64,000 nucleotides of DNA from Clostridia bacterium (GCA_045535515.1 JAZSLT010000024.1:28-64027), one strand, 5' to 3'. Positions 1 to 11,385 are shown, numbered from the stretch's first letter. A program made the numbers and translations. Notes: generated by a model not told the origin, from the sequence alone.

Positions 1-1
1 T

Positions 2-2158
2 GAGCTTGCAGACGGTCTTGATATCGACCTCAACGCTGTCCCCAAGAAATACGAGGGACTTGACGGCACAGAGCTTGCGATAAGCGAATCGCAGGAGAGA
101 ATGGCCGTTGTTGTGGATAAGGAAAATGTGGTGCGATTTATGGAAAAGGCCGATGCCGAAAACCTCGAAGCTACCGTAGTGGCGGAGGTGACGGAGGAAC
201 CGCGCCTGACCATGTACTGGAGAGGCAAGAAAATCGTAGACCTTTCCCGCGCATTCTTAAATACAAATGGTGCCGAAAAGGAAACCGATGTAGAGGTTTT
301 GATGCCGGCTATAGAAGAGGATATGTATACCACCGTAAAAACGGAAGGCGAAGGCAAGGAAAAATGGCTTTCTGCCCTTCGTGACCTGAATGTATGCAGC
401 CAGAAGGGGCTTGGCGAAATGTTTGACAGCTCCATCGGTGCCGGTACGGTCTTTATGCCCTACGGCGGTCATACGCAGCTGACACCGGCGGAGAGCATGG
501 TAGCCAAGCTGCCGCTTATAAAAGGCGAAACGAAAACCGGTACGGTGATGGCACATGGCTTTAGTCCGTACCTGTCGGAGAAGAGTCCGTTCCACGGCGC
601 AGTATGTGCCATTGTGGAAAGTGTCACGAAGGCGGCGGCAGCCGGTGCTAATTTCGCCGATTGCTACCTGACGCTGCAGGAGTATTTTGCCCGTCCCGGC
701 AGTGACCCTGTGCGCTGGGGCGCACCGCTCTCGGCTCTCCTTGGTGCGTATTACGCCCAGTCGGCCCTCGGCCTTGGCGCTATCGGCGGTAAGGACAGTA
801 TGTCCGGAACCTTTAAGGATATTGATGTGCCGCCCACGCTCGTTTCGTTTGCCGTTTCTCCGCTTTCAGTGGAGGAGGTTATCGGCAATGTGATGACAAA
901 GGCCGGCAGCAAGCTGTATCTGCTGCGCACACCCTTGGATAAAAACCATCTGCCGGATATGGAAGCCTTAAAGAAAAATCTTGCGTATTATTACAGCATC
1001 CGCGATAAGGTGCTGAGTGCCCATACAATTACGGCCGGCGGCATCGCGGAGGCCTTGAGCAAAATGTGCTTTGGCAACCGCATCGGTGCGGCGCTTACGG
1101 CGGATGTAAATGTATATGAAGCTATGTATGGCTCTATCCTGATTGAAACAGATGCAGAGCTTGACGCCCTTTTGGTGGGACAGACGATAGAAGAGGCGGA
1201 AATCCGCGCAGAGGGCTATACGATTTCGCTGGACGAGGCTATGGCCGCGTGGCAGGCACCGCTTGAAAAGGTATTCCCCACAAAGGTAGCTACCGCGGGA
1301 AAGGTGGAAACTATTTCCTCTTCCGTTTCCTGTCCGCTTGTTGCCAAGGAAAGCTTTGCCCGTCCCCGCGTTTTAATTCCGGTATTCCCCGGTACAAACT
1401 GCGAATATGATACGGCGCGCGCCTTCAATAAAGCAGGCGCGGTAGCCGATACCTTTGTTATCCGAAATCTCTCGTCGAAGGCGATTGCAGAGTCGGTATC
1501 TGCGCTTGCGAAGAAGGCAGATAATGCACAGATTATTATGATTCCCGGCGGCTTTAGCGGCGGCGACGAGCCGGACGGCTCCGGCAAGCTGATTGCCACG
1601 GTATTTAGGCAGGCGGCGGTAAGAGAGAGCGTGATGCGTCTTCTTAGGCAGCGCGACGGTCTGATGCTCGGTATCTGTAACGGTTTCCAGGCCCTTATCA
1701 AGCTTGGCCTTGTGCCGTTTGGCGAAATCCGTGATATGGACGAAACCTGTCCTACGCTTACCTATAACACCATCGGCCGCCATGTGTCTACAATGGTGAA
1801 TACGCGCATCGCATCCACCCTTTCGCCGTGGCTGGCACAGACGAAGGTGGGCGATATCCACACAGTTGCCGTATCGCATGGCGAAGGCCGTTTTGTAGCC
1901 GATGAAAAAATGCTGGCGATGCTTCTTAAAAACGGACAGATTGCCACCCAGTATGTAGATGAGAGTGGCTCGGCCACGATGGAAATGCCCTATAACCCCA
2001 ACGGCTCGGCATGGGCGATTGAAGGCATTTGCAGCCCCGATGGCCGTGTCTTTGGTAAGATGGCCCATTCGGAGCGCGCGGCCGACTTTACCTATCAGAA
2101 TATCCCGGGAGAGAAGGACCAATTCCTCTTTGCCTCGGGTGTTGCCTATTTCAGATAA
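2..2158 (+). CDS. purL: Phosphoribosylformylglycinamidine synthase, large fused type (5' part outside window)
   Basis: Frame open from base 2 (ELAISESQERM); GGKDSMSG, FPGTNCE, GGFSGGD, GICNGFQ and HGEGRF motifs. Confidence 0.95.
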   Translation, partial: ELADGLDIDLNAVPKKYEGLDGTELAISESQERMAVVVDKENVVRFMEKADAENLEATVVAEVTEEPRLTMYWRGKKIVDLSRAFLNTNGAEKETDVEVLMPAIEEDMYTTVKTEGEGKEKWLSALRDLNVCSQKGLGEMFDSSIGAGTVFMPYGGHTQLTPAESMVAKLPLIKGETKTGTVMAHGFSPYLSEKSPFHGAVCAIVESVTKAAAAGANFADCYLTLQEYFARPGSDPVRWGAPLSALLGAYYAQSALGLGAIGGKDSMSGTFKDIDVPPTLVSFAVSPLSVEEVIGNVMTKAGSKLYLLRTPLDKNHLPDMEALKKNLAYYYSIRDKVLSAHTITAGGIAEALSKMCFGNRIGAALTADVNVYEAMYGSILIETDAELDALLVGQTIEEAEIRAEGYTISLDEAMAAWQAPLEKVFPTKVATAGKVETISSSVSCPLVAKESFARPRVLIPVFPGTNCEYDTARAFNKAGAVADTFVIRNLSSKAIAESVSALAKKADNAQIIMIPGGFSGGDEPDGSGKLIATVFRQAAVRESVMRLLRQRDGLMLGICNGFQALIKLGLVPFGEIRDMDETCPTLTYNTIGRHVSTMVNTRIASTLSPWLAQTKVGDIHTVAVSHGEGRFVADEKMLAMLLKNGQIATQYVDESGSATMEMPYNPNGSAWAIEGICSPDGRVFGKMAHSERAADFTYQNIPGEKDQFLFASGVAYFR

Positions 2159-2182
2159 AAAGCAAGGAAGGAACAAGAAAAA

Positions 2183-3892
2183 ATGAAAGTATCAAAATTA
2201 CTTATGCCCACCCTTCGCGAGGTACCGGCGGAGGCCGAAATTGCGAGCCATCGCCTGATGCTGCGCGCCGCCCTGATAAGAAAGCTGGCGGCCGGTGTCT
2301 ATTCGTTTTTGCCGCTCGGACTCAAAACGCTGCGTAATGTGGAACAGGTCGTGCGCGAGGAAATGGATAAGGCCGGCGCACAAGAGCTTCTGATGAGCGC
2401 GCTTTTGCCGGCAGAGGCCTACATGAAGACAGGAAGATGGGATATTTTCGGTTCCAGCATGTTCCGTCTTAAAGACAGAAACGAGCGCGATTTCTGCCTT
2501 GGGCCTACCCATGAGGAAATTTTCACGGAAACGGTAAAGAATGAGGTGCGTTCTTACAAGGACCTGCCGATGACGCTGTACCAGATTCAGACGAAATACC
2601 GCGATGAGCGCCGCCCGCGTTTCGGCGTTATGCGCAGCCGCGAATTTGTGATGAAGGATGCCTATAGCTTTGACCTGACACAGGAAGGACTCGATAAATC
2701 CTATGCGGCCATGTACAAGGCGTATTGCGCCATCTTTGACAGATTAGGCCTTGACTATATTGTGGTAGATGCCGATAGCGGTGCTATGGGCGGAAGCGGC
2801 TCGCAGGAGTTTATGGTAAAATCGGAAGTGGGCGAGGATGTTATCGCCTATTGTGATGCCTGTGGTTATGCGGCCAACGAGGAAAAGGCCGTTTGCGCGC
2901 CGCAGAAAAAGGAATATCCGGCGGAAGAAAAGCCGATGGAAAAGCTGGAAACACCGAACGCGCATACGATTGAGGAGCTGACAGCGTCGTTAGGCGTGCC
3001 GGCCTATCGCTTTGCCAAAACGCTGATTTATAAGGTGGGCGAGCAGTATGTGGCCGTTATGGTACGCGGCGATAGAGAGGTAAACCCCATAAAGCTGCAA
3101 AATCTACTTGGCTCCTCCGAGGAGGCGGAGCTTGCCGAGCCCTTTGCCGTTCGCGAGATTACGAAGGCAGAGGTTGGTTTTGCCGGACCTGTCGGACTTT
3201 CTGTTCCGGTGTACGCTGACTATGAAGTTATGGAAATGAAGCAGATGGTAGTAGGTGCCAACGAAACCGGCTATCACTTTGTACAGGTCGAGCCGGGACG
3301 CGACTTTACGCCCTGCAAGGTGGCAGACCTTCGCACGGTGGTAAGCGGCGATGTATGTCCCAAATGCGGCGGCCGCATAGAAACGGTACACGGCATTGAA
3401 ATCGGGCATATATTTAAACTGGGAACGAAGTATGCCAAGGCGCTGGACCTGACCTTCCCGAATGAGGCGGGAGAGGAAGAACCGGTTATTATGGGCTGTT
3501 ACGGCATTGGCGTAAACCGCTGTATTGCCGCAGTTATTGAACAGAATCACGATGAAAACGGCATTATCTGGCCGATGTGTATAGCACCGTATAAGGTGGA
3601 GGTCGTGGCTGTCAATGCGGGCGATGAAACGCAGATGCGTATAGCCGAGGAAATTTACGAAACGCTGCAGAAAAAGGGTGTGGACACCCTTTTGGACGAG
3701 CGCGACGAGCGCCCCGGTGTAAAATTCAAGGATGCCGATTTAATCGGTATTCCGGTGCGGATTACCGTAGGTAAAAAAGCGGCTGACGGCATAGTGGAGT
3801 TCAAAAGAAGAGGCGGCGAAGGCTTTTTGGAAATGCCTTTTGCAGATGCAATAGAGGAGGCCCTTCGTCTTGCCGAGGAGGCTAAAAGATGA
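2183..3892 (+). CDS. proS: Prolyl-tRNA synthetase, bacterial type with editing insertion
   Basis: [34 protein letters not shown] and MGCYGIG motifs. Confidence 0.97.
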   Translation: MKVSKLLMPTLREVPAEAEIASHRLMLRAALIRKLAAGVYSFLPLGLKTLRNVEQVVREEMDKAGAQELLMSALLPAEAYMKTGRWDIFGSSMFRLKDRNERDFCLGPTHEEIFTETVKNEVRSYKDLPMTLYQIQTKYRDERRPRFGVMRSREFVMKDAYSFDLTQEGLDKSYAAMYKAYCAIFDRLGLDYIVVDADSGAMGGSGSQEFMVKSEVGEDVIAYCDACGYAANEEKAVCAPQKKEYPAEEKPMEKLETPNAHTIEELTASLGVPAYRFAKTLIYKVGEQYVAVMVRGDREVNPIKLQNLLGSSEEAELAEPFAVREITKAEVGFAGPVGLSVPVYADYEVMEMKQMVVGANETGYHFVQVEPGRDFTPCKVADLRTVVSGDVCPKCGGRIETVHGIEIGHIFKLGTKYAKALDLTFPNEAGEEEPVIMGCYGIGVNRCIAAVIEQNHDENGIIWPMCIAPYKVEVVAVNAGDETQMRIAEEIYETLQKKGVDTLLDERDERPGVKFKDADLIGIPVRITVGKKAADGIVEFKRRGGEGFLEMPFADAIEEALRLAEEAKR

Positions 3893-4824
3893 TACTGTCA
3901 ACCATCACCCTAAACCCGGCGATTGACAAAAGTTATTTTGTAAAAGGGTTTTCGGTCAATGGGTTAAACCGTGTAGAAAAAATCAAGGTAAACATGGGCG
4001 GTAAGGGTGTCAATATTTCGGCTACGGCGGCTAAATGCGGTATTTCCTGTCTGGCGGGCGGCTTTTTAAGTGGCTACAACGGACAGATGATTGGGAAATA
4101 TCTGAAGGATGCCGGCATCACGACGGATTTTGTGTATACCGAGGGCGATACGCGCGTCAATATCAAGGTCATTGATACGGAAAACGATACCTATACCGAT
4201 ATTAACGAAAGTGGGCCGGAGGTAACGGAGGAGGACCTTCGGGCGCTATTTGGCAAGGTCAGCGATATGGCCGTAAAAAGCGATGTCGTATACATGGGCG
4301 GAAGTATTCATCCGAGCCTTGGGAACGATGTTTACGGAAAGCTGATTGCGATTGTAAAAGAAAAGGGTGCCATAGCGGTACTGGATGCCGATGGGGAGGC
4401 TATGCGCATAGGCGTTTCGGCAAAGCCGCACATCATAAAGCCGAATCAGGCAGAGCTGGAGAGGCTGATGGGCATAAAGGTCAAAACGATTGCCGATGTC
4501 AGCCGCGCAGCGCGTACGCTTTGTGAGGATGGGATTGAAACGGTCCTCGTAAGCCTTGGCGGAAACGGTGCGGTGGCGGCAAAAGACGGCAAGGTTTACC
4601 GCGTATATCCGCTCAATGCACCTGTCCGCAGCACCGTTGGTGCCGGCGACAGCTTTTTGTGCGGTTTCCTTTACGGACAGACCGTTTCGGAGGATTTTAC
4701 GGTGGCGCTCCGCTATGCGATGGCCTTTGCCACCGCGAAAATTCAGACAGAGGGTACCGATATTCCCGACTTTGAAAGCCTTACCCAGGATTTTGAAAAG
4801 GTGACCGTGGAAACGATGGAATAA
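3889..4824 (+). CDS. 1-phosphofructokinase-family hexose kinase (PfkB)
   Basis: [22 protein letters not shown] and STVGAGDS motifs. Confidence 0.9.
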   Translation: MILSTITLNPAIDKSYFVKGFSVNGLNRVEKIKVNMGGKGVNISATAAKCGISCLAGGFLSGYNGQMIGKYLKDAGITTDFVYTEGDTRVNIKVIDTENDTYTDINESGPEVTEEDLRALFGKVSDMAVKSDVVYMGGSIHPSLGNDVYGKLIAIVKEKGAIAVLDADGEAMRIGVSAKPHIIKPNQAELERLMGIKVKTIADVSRAARTLCEDGIETVLVSLGGNGAVAAKDGKVYRVYPLNAPVRSTVGAGDSFLCGFLYGQTVSEDFTVALRYAMAFATAKIQTEGTDIPDFESLTQDFEKVTVETME

Positions 4825-4842
4825 AAAAGAGGGGGGAAGGAA

Positions 4843-5046
4843 ATGAGCGAATACAAGTGCTGCCGGTATTGCGAAAAAGGCGTCAATATTCCCGTAGACA
4901 GAAAAACCATGTGCAAAGTACGGGGAATTGTGGAACAGGATTTCGTGTGTCCGAAATTTTCCTTTGACCCTTTTAAAATGCAGGTAAAAAGGCAAAGAGG
5001 CATGGACTTTTCTGTTTATGAAAAGGAAGATTATTCCATAGAATGA
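4843..5046 (+). CDS. Small Cys-rich hypothetical protein (67 aa)
   Basis: Purine-rich RBS; fills the gap between two genes; CCxxC...C...C pattern. Confidence 0.7.
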   Translation: MSEYKCCRYCEKGVNIPVDRKTMCKVRGIVEQDFVCPKFSFDPFKMQVKRQRGMDFSVYEKEDYSIE

Positions 5047-5061
5047 GAAGGAGAACGAAAA

Positions 5062-6009
5062 ATGATTGATGTAGCATGTATAGGAATTTTAGTGGCGGAT
5101 GTTATCGCAAAGCCGGTGGATAAAATCCCCGCGCCCGGTCTTTTGGAGCGCATCGACAGTATTGCCATTTACAGCGGCGGCTGCGCCATGAGCGCCGGTA
5201 TCGACATGGCTAAAATCGGCCTTCGTACCGCGGTGCTCGGCAAAACAGGCGCGGACAGCTTTGGCACATATCTCAGAGGCGAGCTTACAAAATACGGCGT
5301 GGAGACGGCAGGGGTAGCGACGGATGACACCATTCAGACCTCAGCCTCCGTTGTCATTTCGGCCTCCGGCGGCGAAAGAAGCTTTTTACATACGGTCGGT
5401 GCCAACGGGACCTTCTGCTACGACGATGTAAACTGGGATATTCTCGAAAAATCGCGCATTGTATTTGTAGCCGGCACGATGCTGATGGATGCCTTTGACG
5501 GCGCGGATTGTGCAAGAGTGCTGAAAAAGTGCAAGGAGATGGGGAAAATCACCGTTTTGGATACGGCGTGGGACAGCCGCGGCCGCTGGATGGAGGTGCT
5601 GGCCCCCTGTATGCCGTATATTGATGTCTTTATGCCCAGTATTGATGAGGCCGTGCAGCTTGCTGGCGGTGAAGAGGAGCCGGCAAAAATTGCCGATATT
5701 TTCTTTGATATGGGCGTTCGTCAGGTTGTGATTAAGCTCGGAAGCCGCGGATGCTACCTCAGAGAAAGCCGCGAGGCAGAAGGCATTGTTATTCCGTGTT
5801 TCCGCGTGAAGGCGGTGGACACCACGGGCGCCGGTGACAGCTTCTGTGCAGGCTTTTTGTCCGGCATGGCGAAGGGGCTTTCTTTTGCGGAATGTGGCCG
5901 CTTTGCAAACGCGGTGGGTGCGCATTGTGTACAGGCGATGGGAGCCACAACCGGTATCCGTTCTTACGAGGAAATTCAGAGCTTTATAAGGGAACAGGAA
6001 AAAAATTAA
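5062..6009 (+). CDS. PfkB/ribokinase-family carbohydrate kinase
   Basis: GGCA, G.D.FG, VIKLGSRG and VDTTGAGDSFCAG motifs. Confidence 0.92.
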   Translation: MIDVACIGILVADVIAKPVDKIPAPGLLERIDSIAIYSGGCAMSAGIDMAKIGLRTAVLGKTGADSFGTYLRGELTKYGVETAGVATDDTIQTSASVVISASGGERSFLHTVGANGTFCYDDVNWDILEKSRIVFVAGTMLMDAFDGADCARVLKKCKEMGKITVLDTAWDSRGRWMEVLAPCMPYIDVFMPSIDEAVQLAGGEEEPAKIADIFFDMGVRQVVIKLGSRGCYLRESREAEGIVIPCFRVKAVDTTGAGDSFCAGFLSGMAKGLSFAECGRFANAVGAHCVQAMGATTGIRSYEEIQSFIREQEKN

Positions 6010-6017
6010 AAAAATAG

Positions 6018-6046
6018 TTGCATTATATGGAATTGTGTGGTATAAT
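6018..6046 (+). promoter_or_regulatory. SigA promoter of rpmE
   Basis: TTGCAT-17-TATAAT with extended TG. Confidence 0.75.
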
Positions 6047-6084
6047 ACGATTTGATATTAATGGGACGGAAAGAGGTGAATGGT

Positions 6085-6291
6085 ATGCGTGAAGGAATTC
6101 ATCCTGCATATAATCCTACAACAATTAAGTGCGCTTGCGGTAATGTAATCGAAACAGGCTCGACGGTAGAGAATATTTCTGTTGAAATTTGCTCCAGCTG
6201 TCATCCGTTTTTCACCGGCAAGCAGAAGCTCGTGGATACGGGCGGCCGTGTGGAAAAGTTCAGAAAGAAATTCAGTTTGGAAGAAAAATAA
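6085..6291 (+). CDS. rpmE: 50S ribosomal protein L31, zinc-binding type
   Basis: [20 protein letters not shown] and GGRVEKF; GAGG RBS before ATG at 6085. Confidence 0.97.
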   Translation: MREGIHPAYNPTTIKCACGNVIETGSTVENISVEICSSCHPFFTGKQKLVDTGGRVEKFRKKFSLEEK

Positions 6292-6306
6292 ACCGCACAA
6301 TAATGG

Positions 6307-6353
6307 GGTTGCAGCCGCACTTTGCTACAAAGTTGACAAGCTGCAATCTTTTT
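6307..6353 (+). terminator. Probable terminator after rpmE
   Basis: GGTTGCAGC/GCTGCAATC stem with inner ACTTTG/CAAAGT stem, followed by a T-run. Confidence 0.55.
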
Positions 6354-6396
6354 ATTAGCCGGTATTTTTTCTAAGACACGCTGGGGGAGAGAACAG

Positions 6397-7452
6397 ATGG
6401 TTCGGATTGTACATACGGGGGACATGCATTTAGACTCGCCCTTTGCCGGCTTGCCCCGCGCTGCGGCGCAGCTCCGCAAGGAAGAAGAAAGGGAGACCTT
6501 TCTGCGCGTGGTAGAAGCGGCCGGCGAATATAAGGCGGATATTCTGCTTATTGCGGGTGATATGTTTGATTCTTGCTATGTTTCTGCGGATACGGTGGCT
6601 TTTTTAAAGGAGGCCTTTGCCCGTATTCCGGACACAGCTGTTTTAATTGCGCCCGGAAATCATGATTTTCTGGCGGCGGATTCTCCCTATCTTACAGAGA
6701 ATTTCGGGAAAAATGTGCACATTTTCGGCGATAGTCTCTCTGCCGTAAACATAGGCGATGCGGTGGTGTATGGCTATGGCTTTTCTGCGCGTTTTGTAAA
6801 GGAAGGCATTTTGCCGGCAGGTGCGCTGCACAAAGGAGAGGGACCGGGCATATTGCTTTTGCACGGCGATATTGCGGCGGAAAGCGATTATAATCCCATT
6901 TCTCCCTCGCGTTTAGCCGAAAGCGGTCTTACTTACGCGGCACTCGGGCATATTCATTCCTTCGGCGGCTTTGTCCGCGCAGGGGAGACGACCTATGCCT
7001 ATTGCGGTATACCCGAGCCGCGGCATTTTGACGAAGGGGAACGCGGCGGCTTTATCCGCGGCGAAATTTCGGGCAAAGAGGCAAAGCTCGAATTTGTACC
7101 GATTGCGCGCCGGCAGAATGTAACCCATCATGTGGATATTACGGGCTTTGCAAGCATGGAGGCTGTCCGCCGGAAAATCGAAGGCTTGCTTTCGCCCGAA
7201 AACCTATATAAAATTGTTTTGTGCGGTGAAATTTCTTCCACCCTGTATATAGACACGGCGCTTCTATCCAAAGAGCTTTCGGCATCGTGCTTTTATATAA
7301 AGGTGCAGGATAAAACGACCGTGCGCGCCGAAGAGGCGGCCGATAGCCTCCTGGAGCGGCTTTTCGCCGAAAGGCTGGGCCAAAGGACGGATGCCGTGGG
7401 GGTAAAGGCACTCCGGCTTGGTCTGGAAGCTTTAAGGGGGCAGAAAAGATGA
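6397..7452 (+). CDS. SbcD/YhaO-like DNA repair metallophosphoesterase
   Basis: DMHLD, AGDMFD, PGNHD and LGHIH motifs. Confidence 0.9.
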   Translation: MVRIVHTGDMHLDSPFAGLPRAAAQLRKEEERETFLRVVEAAGEYKADILLIAGDMFDSCYVSADTVAFLKEAFARIPDTAVLIAPGNHDFLAADSPYLTENFGKNVHIFGDSLSAVNIGDAVVYGYGFSARFVKEGILPAGALHKGEGPGILLLHGDIAAESDYNPISPSRLAESGLTYAALGHIHSFGGFVRAGETTYAYCGIPEPRHFDEGERGGFIRGEISGKEAKLEFVPIARRQNVTHHVDITGFASMEAVRRKIEGLLSPENLYKIVLCGEISSTLYIDTALLSKELSASCFYIKVQDKTTVRAEEAADSLLERLFAERLGQRTDAVGVKALRLGLEALRGQKR

Positions 7453-9389
7453 AAATTCATAATTTGCACCTTACTTCCTACGGAAAATTTAAAGATAAAA
7501 CGATTTCCTTTTCCGATGGCATAAACTTAATTTATGGCCCGAACGAAGCCGGGAAATCTACCCTGATGGCCTTTATCAAGGCCATGCTGTATGGGTTTAC
7601 CGGCCGCGGTGCGGAAGGGGACAGGAAAAGGTATATCCCCTGGGATGGCAATCACCTTGCCGGCGAGATGACCGTCTCGCTCTCCGATGGCCGGAAGGTT
7701 ATTATCAGCCGAAGAAGCGGCAAAACGCCGGCGCAGGACGAGTTTCGCGCTTTGGACGCGGTGACGGGGGAGGCCCTGGCAGTAGATTTTACAAAGGAAA
7801 TCGGTTTTGGTGAAGGTGCGTTCGGGAAAACGCTTTTTATCCGCCAGAGTGGCGCTATGCTTGACGGTGGGGATGAAGAGCTGACAGACAGGCTTTTAAA
7901 CCTTGCCGAGGGCGGAAGTGCGGATACGGGGTACGAGGATGCTATGGGCATTCTAAGAGATAATATACGCGCCCTCAAACACCAGCGCGGCGAAGGCGGC
8001 CGTATTCACGAGCTGAAGAAGGAAATTACGGCTTTACAGGAAGAAATCCGTCTTGCCGAGGAAGAGGCAGAAAAGTATAAAGACTACGCGGCCGAGGAAA
8101 AAAGGTTACAGGCCGAAATCGGCGAACTCCAGAAGAGAGAAGCGGAAGCGGAAAAAACTATCCGTGCGGCTTTGGCCGGTCAGGCGTTTGCAAACCTTGC
8201 GGCGGCCGAAAAGCGCGTTCGCGGTCTTCATGAGGGAAAAGAACAGATAGCGGCGGAGATAGCGGCACTTCAGAAAAGGCTTTTGGAAACCGAAGTGTTT
8301 TCGGGGGAAATCAGCGATAGTGTATACGCGGCCAAAGCCGATATTCAGCCTTTTTTACAGGCGGAGAAGGCGGCCGCGCGGCAAAGTACGCTCACGCTTT
8401 GTCTTGCCGGCATTTTAGGTATCGGCGGCGTGGCGGCATTCTTTTTGCAAAACAGCCTTGCCGGCACAGTCTTGCTCTTTGCGGCGTTTCTTTCTGCTGT
8501 ACTTGGCTGCATGCGCCTTGGCACCGGAAGGAAAGCCGGAGAAACGATTGCAAGGCTTACCGAGGAGGAAAAGGCGCGCGAGGCGGCCCTTTTGGCCTTT
8601 GGCTGCAAAACGCTGAAGGAATACACCGAAAAGAAGGCGGATAGGCGTGCGGACGAAGAAAAATTGCAGGCGCTTTCCGAAAAAAATGAACTTCTTTTGA
8701 AGGAATGTGCGGCGGCAGAGAAAGAGGCGACGGTGCGCCGGAAGGAAGCCGAAGGATTTGTGGATATTGCCCCTGCCTTGCAGGACCCCGAAGCGGCCCG
8801 TGCCGCATCCGAAGGAATAAAGGCGGAAATCGCAGATAAATCACATAAAGCGGCCATGCTCCGCGGTATACTAAAGGGCGGACAGGGCAATAAAAAAAGT
8901 ATAGATGTTCTCTTGTCGGAGCGCTCCCACCTCGAAGAAGAACTGGTGGAGGCGGAGGAGGAGCTGGAGGCGCTAGAGCTTGCCGCCGGGACGCTTGAAG
9001 AGGTTTTTGCCGAGCTTAGCCGCGATTTTGCGCCGCGCATAAGCGAAAAGGCCACGCATTATCTGGCAAAGCTTACCGGCAGGGAGGAGAAGCTTCTTCT
9101 CGATAAAAAGTACGCCGTTACGATGGGGCGCGATATGCACCGTCCGCTTTCCCTTTTTTCGGGCGGAACGATGGAGCAGGCCTTTTTAGCCGTCCGTCTG
9201 GCCATAGCGGAGCTGGTGCTGACAGATAAAAATATGCCCCTGTTTTTGGATGATTCTTTTTTGCAATATGACAGCGGGCGCGAGGAAAATGCAATCCGTC
9301 TTCTGCGAGAGCTGGCAGAGGACAGGCAGGTGTTTTGGTTCTCTTGCCGTAGGCAGGAGCTGGAAGATATAAACAGAGTAGAGCTTTGA
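7449..9389 (+). CDS. SbcC/YhaN-like coiled-coil ABC/AAA ATPase
   Basis: Walker A GPNEAGKST, coiled coil, FSGGTMEQ signature, Walker B LFLDD; central hydrophobic segments. Confidence 0.88.
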   Translation: MKIHNLHLTSYGKFKDKTISFSDGINLIYGPNEAGKSTLMAFIKAMLYGFTGRGAEGDRKRYIPWDGNHLAGEMTVSLSDGRKVIISRRSGKTPAQDEFRALDAVTGEALAVDFTKEIGFGEGAFGKTLFIRQSGAMLDGGDEELTDRLLNLAEGGSADTGYEDAMGILRDNIRALKHQRGEGGRIHELKKEITALQEEIRLAEEEAEKYKDYAAEEKRLQAEIGELQKREAEAEKTIRAALAGQAFANLAAAEKRVRGLHEGKEQIAAEIAALQKRLLETEVFSGEISDSVYAAKADIQPFLQAEKAAARQSTLTLCLAGILGIGGVAAFFLQNSLAGTVLLFAAFLSAVLGCMRLGTGRKAGETIARLTEEEKAREAALLAFGCKTLKEYTEKKADRRADEEKLQALSEKNELLLKECAAAEKEATVRRKEAEGFVDIAPALQDPEAARAASEGIKAEIADKSHKAAMLRGILKGGQGNKKSIDVLLSERSHLEEELVEAEEELEALELAAGTLEEVFAELSRDFAPRISEKATHYLAKLTGREEKLLLDKKYAVTMGRDMHRPLSLFSGGTMEQAFLAVRLAIAELVLTDKNMPLFLDDSFLQYDSGREENAIRLLRELAEDRQVFWFSCRRQELEDINRVEL

Positions 9390-9403
9390 AAAGGAGTGTC
9401 CCT

Positions 9404-9766
9404 ATGATAAAAATCATGCATACGGATTTAGGCACAGTTTACATGGAGGAAAGCGCACTTGCGAAACTTGCTGGCAGTATTGCGACACAGTGCTACGGCG
9501 TGGTGGGCATGGTTTACCGCAGCCGCCGCGATGGAATTGCCTCGCTTTTAAAGCGCGATAAAATGGGGAAGGGCATCTCGGTTCGCATGGTAGAAGGCGG
9601 TCTTGCGATTGCCCTTCACATTATGGTAGAATATGGCGTGAATATCGGCGCCGTATCCGAGAGCATCATACAGCATGTAAAGTATCAGATGGCAGAAAAT
9701 ACAGGTCTTGCCATCAGCGAGGTAACGGTGCATATAGAGAGCATCCGTGCACAGGGCATCAAATAG
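9404..9766 (+). CDS. Asp23/Gls24 family protein (YloU-like)
   Basis: CYGVVGM and VEYGVNI motifs; usual position upstream of the DAK2 gene. Confidence 0.88.
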   Translation: MIKIMHTDLGTVYMEESALAKLAGSIATQCYGVVGMVYRSRRDGIASLLKRDKMGKGISVRMVEGGLAIALHIMVEYGVNIGAVSESIIQHVKYQMAENTGLAISEVTVHIESIRAQGIK

Positions 9767-9781
9767 TAGGAGGGAAGACTT

Positions 9782-11380
9782 TTGATTCGTGAAATTGATA
9801 AGAATCTGATGCGATGCCTGTTTGTTTCTGCCGCACATAACCTTGATAATGCCAAGCAGGCGGTCAATGATTTGAATGTTTTTCCGGTTCCTGACGGGGA
9901 CACGGGTACGAATATGGGAATGACGGTGCTGGCGGCCGAGCGCGCGCTGGAAAAGAAGGAATTTGAAACGGCCGGCGAGGTCGTTTCCTGTGTGGCGTCG
10001 GCTACTTTGCGCGGTGCAAGAGGAAATTCGGGCGTTATTCTTTCGCAGATTATGCGCGGCTTTGCCTCTTCGCTGGCAGACTGCGAAACGGCTACGGCAC
10101 AGGATTTTGTCGGCGCCTTTTCCTCGGCAGCCAAAACGGCGTACCGCGCCGTTATGAAGCCGACAGAGGGCACGATTTTAACGGTTATCCGCTGCATTGC
10201 GGAGGAACTGGAAAAGCTGGATGAGGACGAGGATGTCGTCACCCTTTTTGAAGCCATTGTGCAAATCGGAAATGATGCGCTTGCCCAGACGCCGAAGATG
10301 CTCCCGGTCCTCAAAAATGCCGGCGTGGTAGATGCCGGCGGCAAAGGTCTTATGGTCATTTTGGAGGGCATGCTGTTTGCGCTCCAAAACGGTGCGGCTG
10401 TAGAAAAACAGGCAGGGGAGAGCGCGCCGCAAGGGGCGCCGCTTGCAGAAAAACCGAATGAAGAGATAAAATTTGGTTATTGCACCGAGCTTTTAATCCG
10501 CAAAAGAGCGGCCGAGGTGCGAGGCGATGCGCTGAAAAAGGAAATTGCCAGCCGCGGTGACAGCGTTTTAGTGATTGACGATGACGATATTATCAAGGTA
10601 CATATTCATACAAATCATCCCGGCTGGGTACTGGAGAGGGCCTTGTCCTACGGTAGCTTATCGGATATTAAAATTGATAACTTAAAGGAACAACAGGCCG
10701 AACAGGCCGAAAAAAGAAATGCGCCGCTTAAAAAATACGGCATTATTTCCGTGGCGGCAGGCGATGGCATCTCGGCCCTGATGCAGGAAATGGGCGCCGA
10801 CAGTATTGTCAGCGGCGGACAGACGATGAACCCGAGCGCGGAGGATTTGCTCGATGCCGTAAACGAACTTCGCGCGGAAAAAATATTCATTCTGCCCAAT
10901 AACAGTAATATTGTGCTGACGGCAGAGCAGGCGGCCGATATGACGGAAAAAGAGGTCACGGTCATCGCCACCAAGACCATTCCGCAAGGCATTGCGGCGC
11001 TGATGGCATTTGATGCAGAGGCGGCCGACATCGCGGACAGAATGCGCGATGCGGCGGCCATGGTACAAACGGGACTTCTGACGAACGCCGTGCGCGATAC
11101 GGAAATGGAAGGCCTTACCATTCATAAGGACGATTTTCTCGGCCTTTGCGGCGGCAAAATCATAGCGGCCGGCAAGGCGGAGGAACAGGTTGTGGAAGCG
11201 ATGCTTGAAAACATGGTCAGCGACGAAACGATTGCCGTTACCATTTTGTACGGCGAAGGCGCGAAGGAAGAGACGGCGGCCCGATACGAGGAGGTTATCG
11301 CCGAAAAATGGCCGGACGCCGAGGTTACGATTTTGTACGGCGGCCAGCCGGTCTATCGCTACATCTTGTCCGTGGAATAA
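9782..11380 (+). CDS. fakA: DAK2-domain fatty acid kinase subunit A (YloV)
   Basis: LNVFPVPDGDTGTNM, GARGNSGVILSQ, KPTEGTIL, YCTE and GGQTMNPS motifs. Confidence 0.92.
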   Translation: MIREIDKNLMRCLFVSAAHNLDNAKQAVNDLNVFPVPDGDTGTNMGMTVLAAERALEKKEFETAGEVVSCVASATLRGARGNSGVILSQIMRGFASSLADCETATAQDFVGAFSSAAKTAYRAVMKPTEGTILTVIRCIAEELEKLDEDEDVVTLFEAIVQIGNDALAQTPKMLPVLKNAGVVDAGGKGLMVILEGMLFALQNGAAVEKQAGESAPQGAPLAEKPNEEIKFGYCTELLIRKRAAEVRGDALKKEIASRGDSVLVIDDDDIIKVHIHTNHPGWVLERALSYGSLSDIKIDNLKEQQAEQAEKRNAPLKKYGIISVAAGDGISALMQEMGADSIVSGGQTMNPSAEDLLDAVNELRAEKIFILPNNSNIVLTAEQAADMTEKEVTVIATKTIPQGIAALMAFDAEAADIADRMRDAAAMVQTGLLTNAVRDTEMEGLTIHKDDFLGLCGGKIIAAGKAEEQVVEAMLENMVSDETIAVTILYGEGAKEETAARYEEVIAEKWPDAEVTILYGGQPVYRYILSVE

Positions 11381-11385
11381 AGAAT

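Noticed and set aside
6397-9389. Nuclease plus SMC-like ATPase as a possible defence system
   Set aside because: It matches the widespread YhaO/YhaN (SbcDC-like) repair pair in a housekeeping context.
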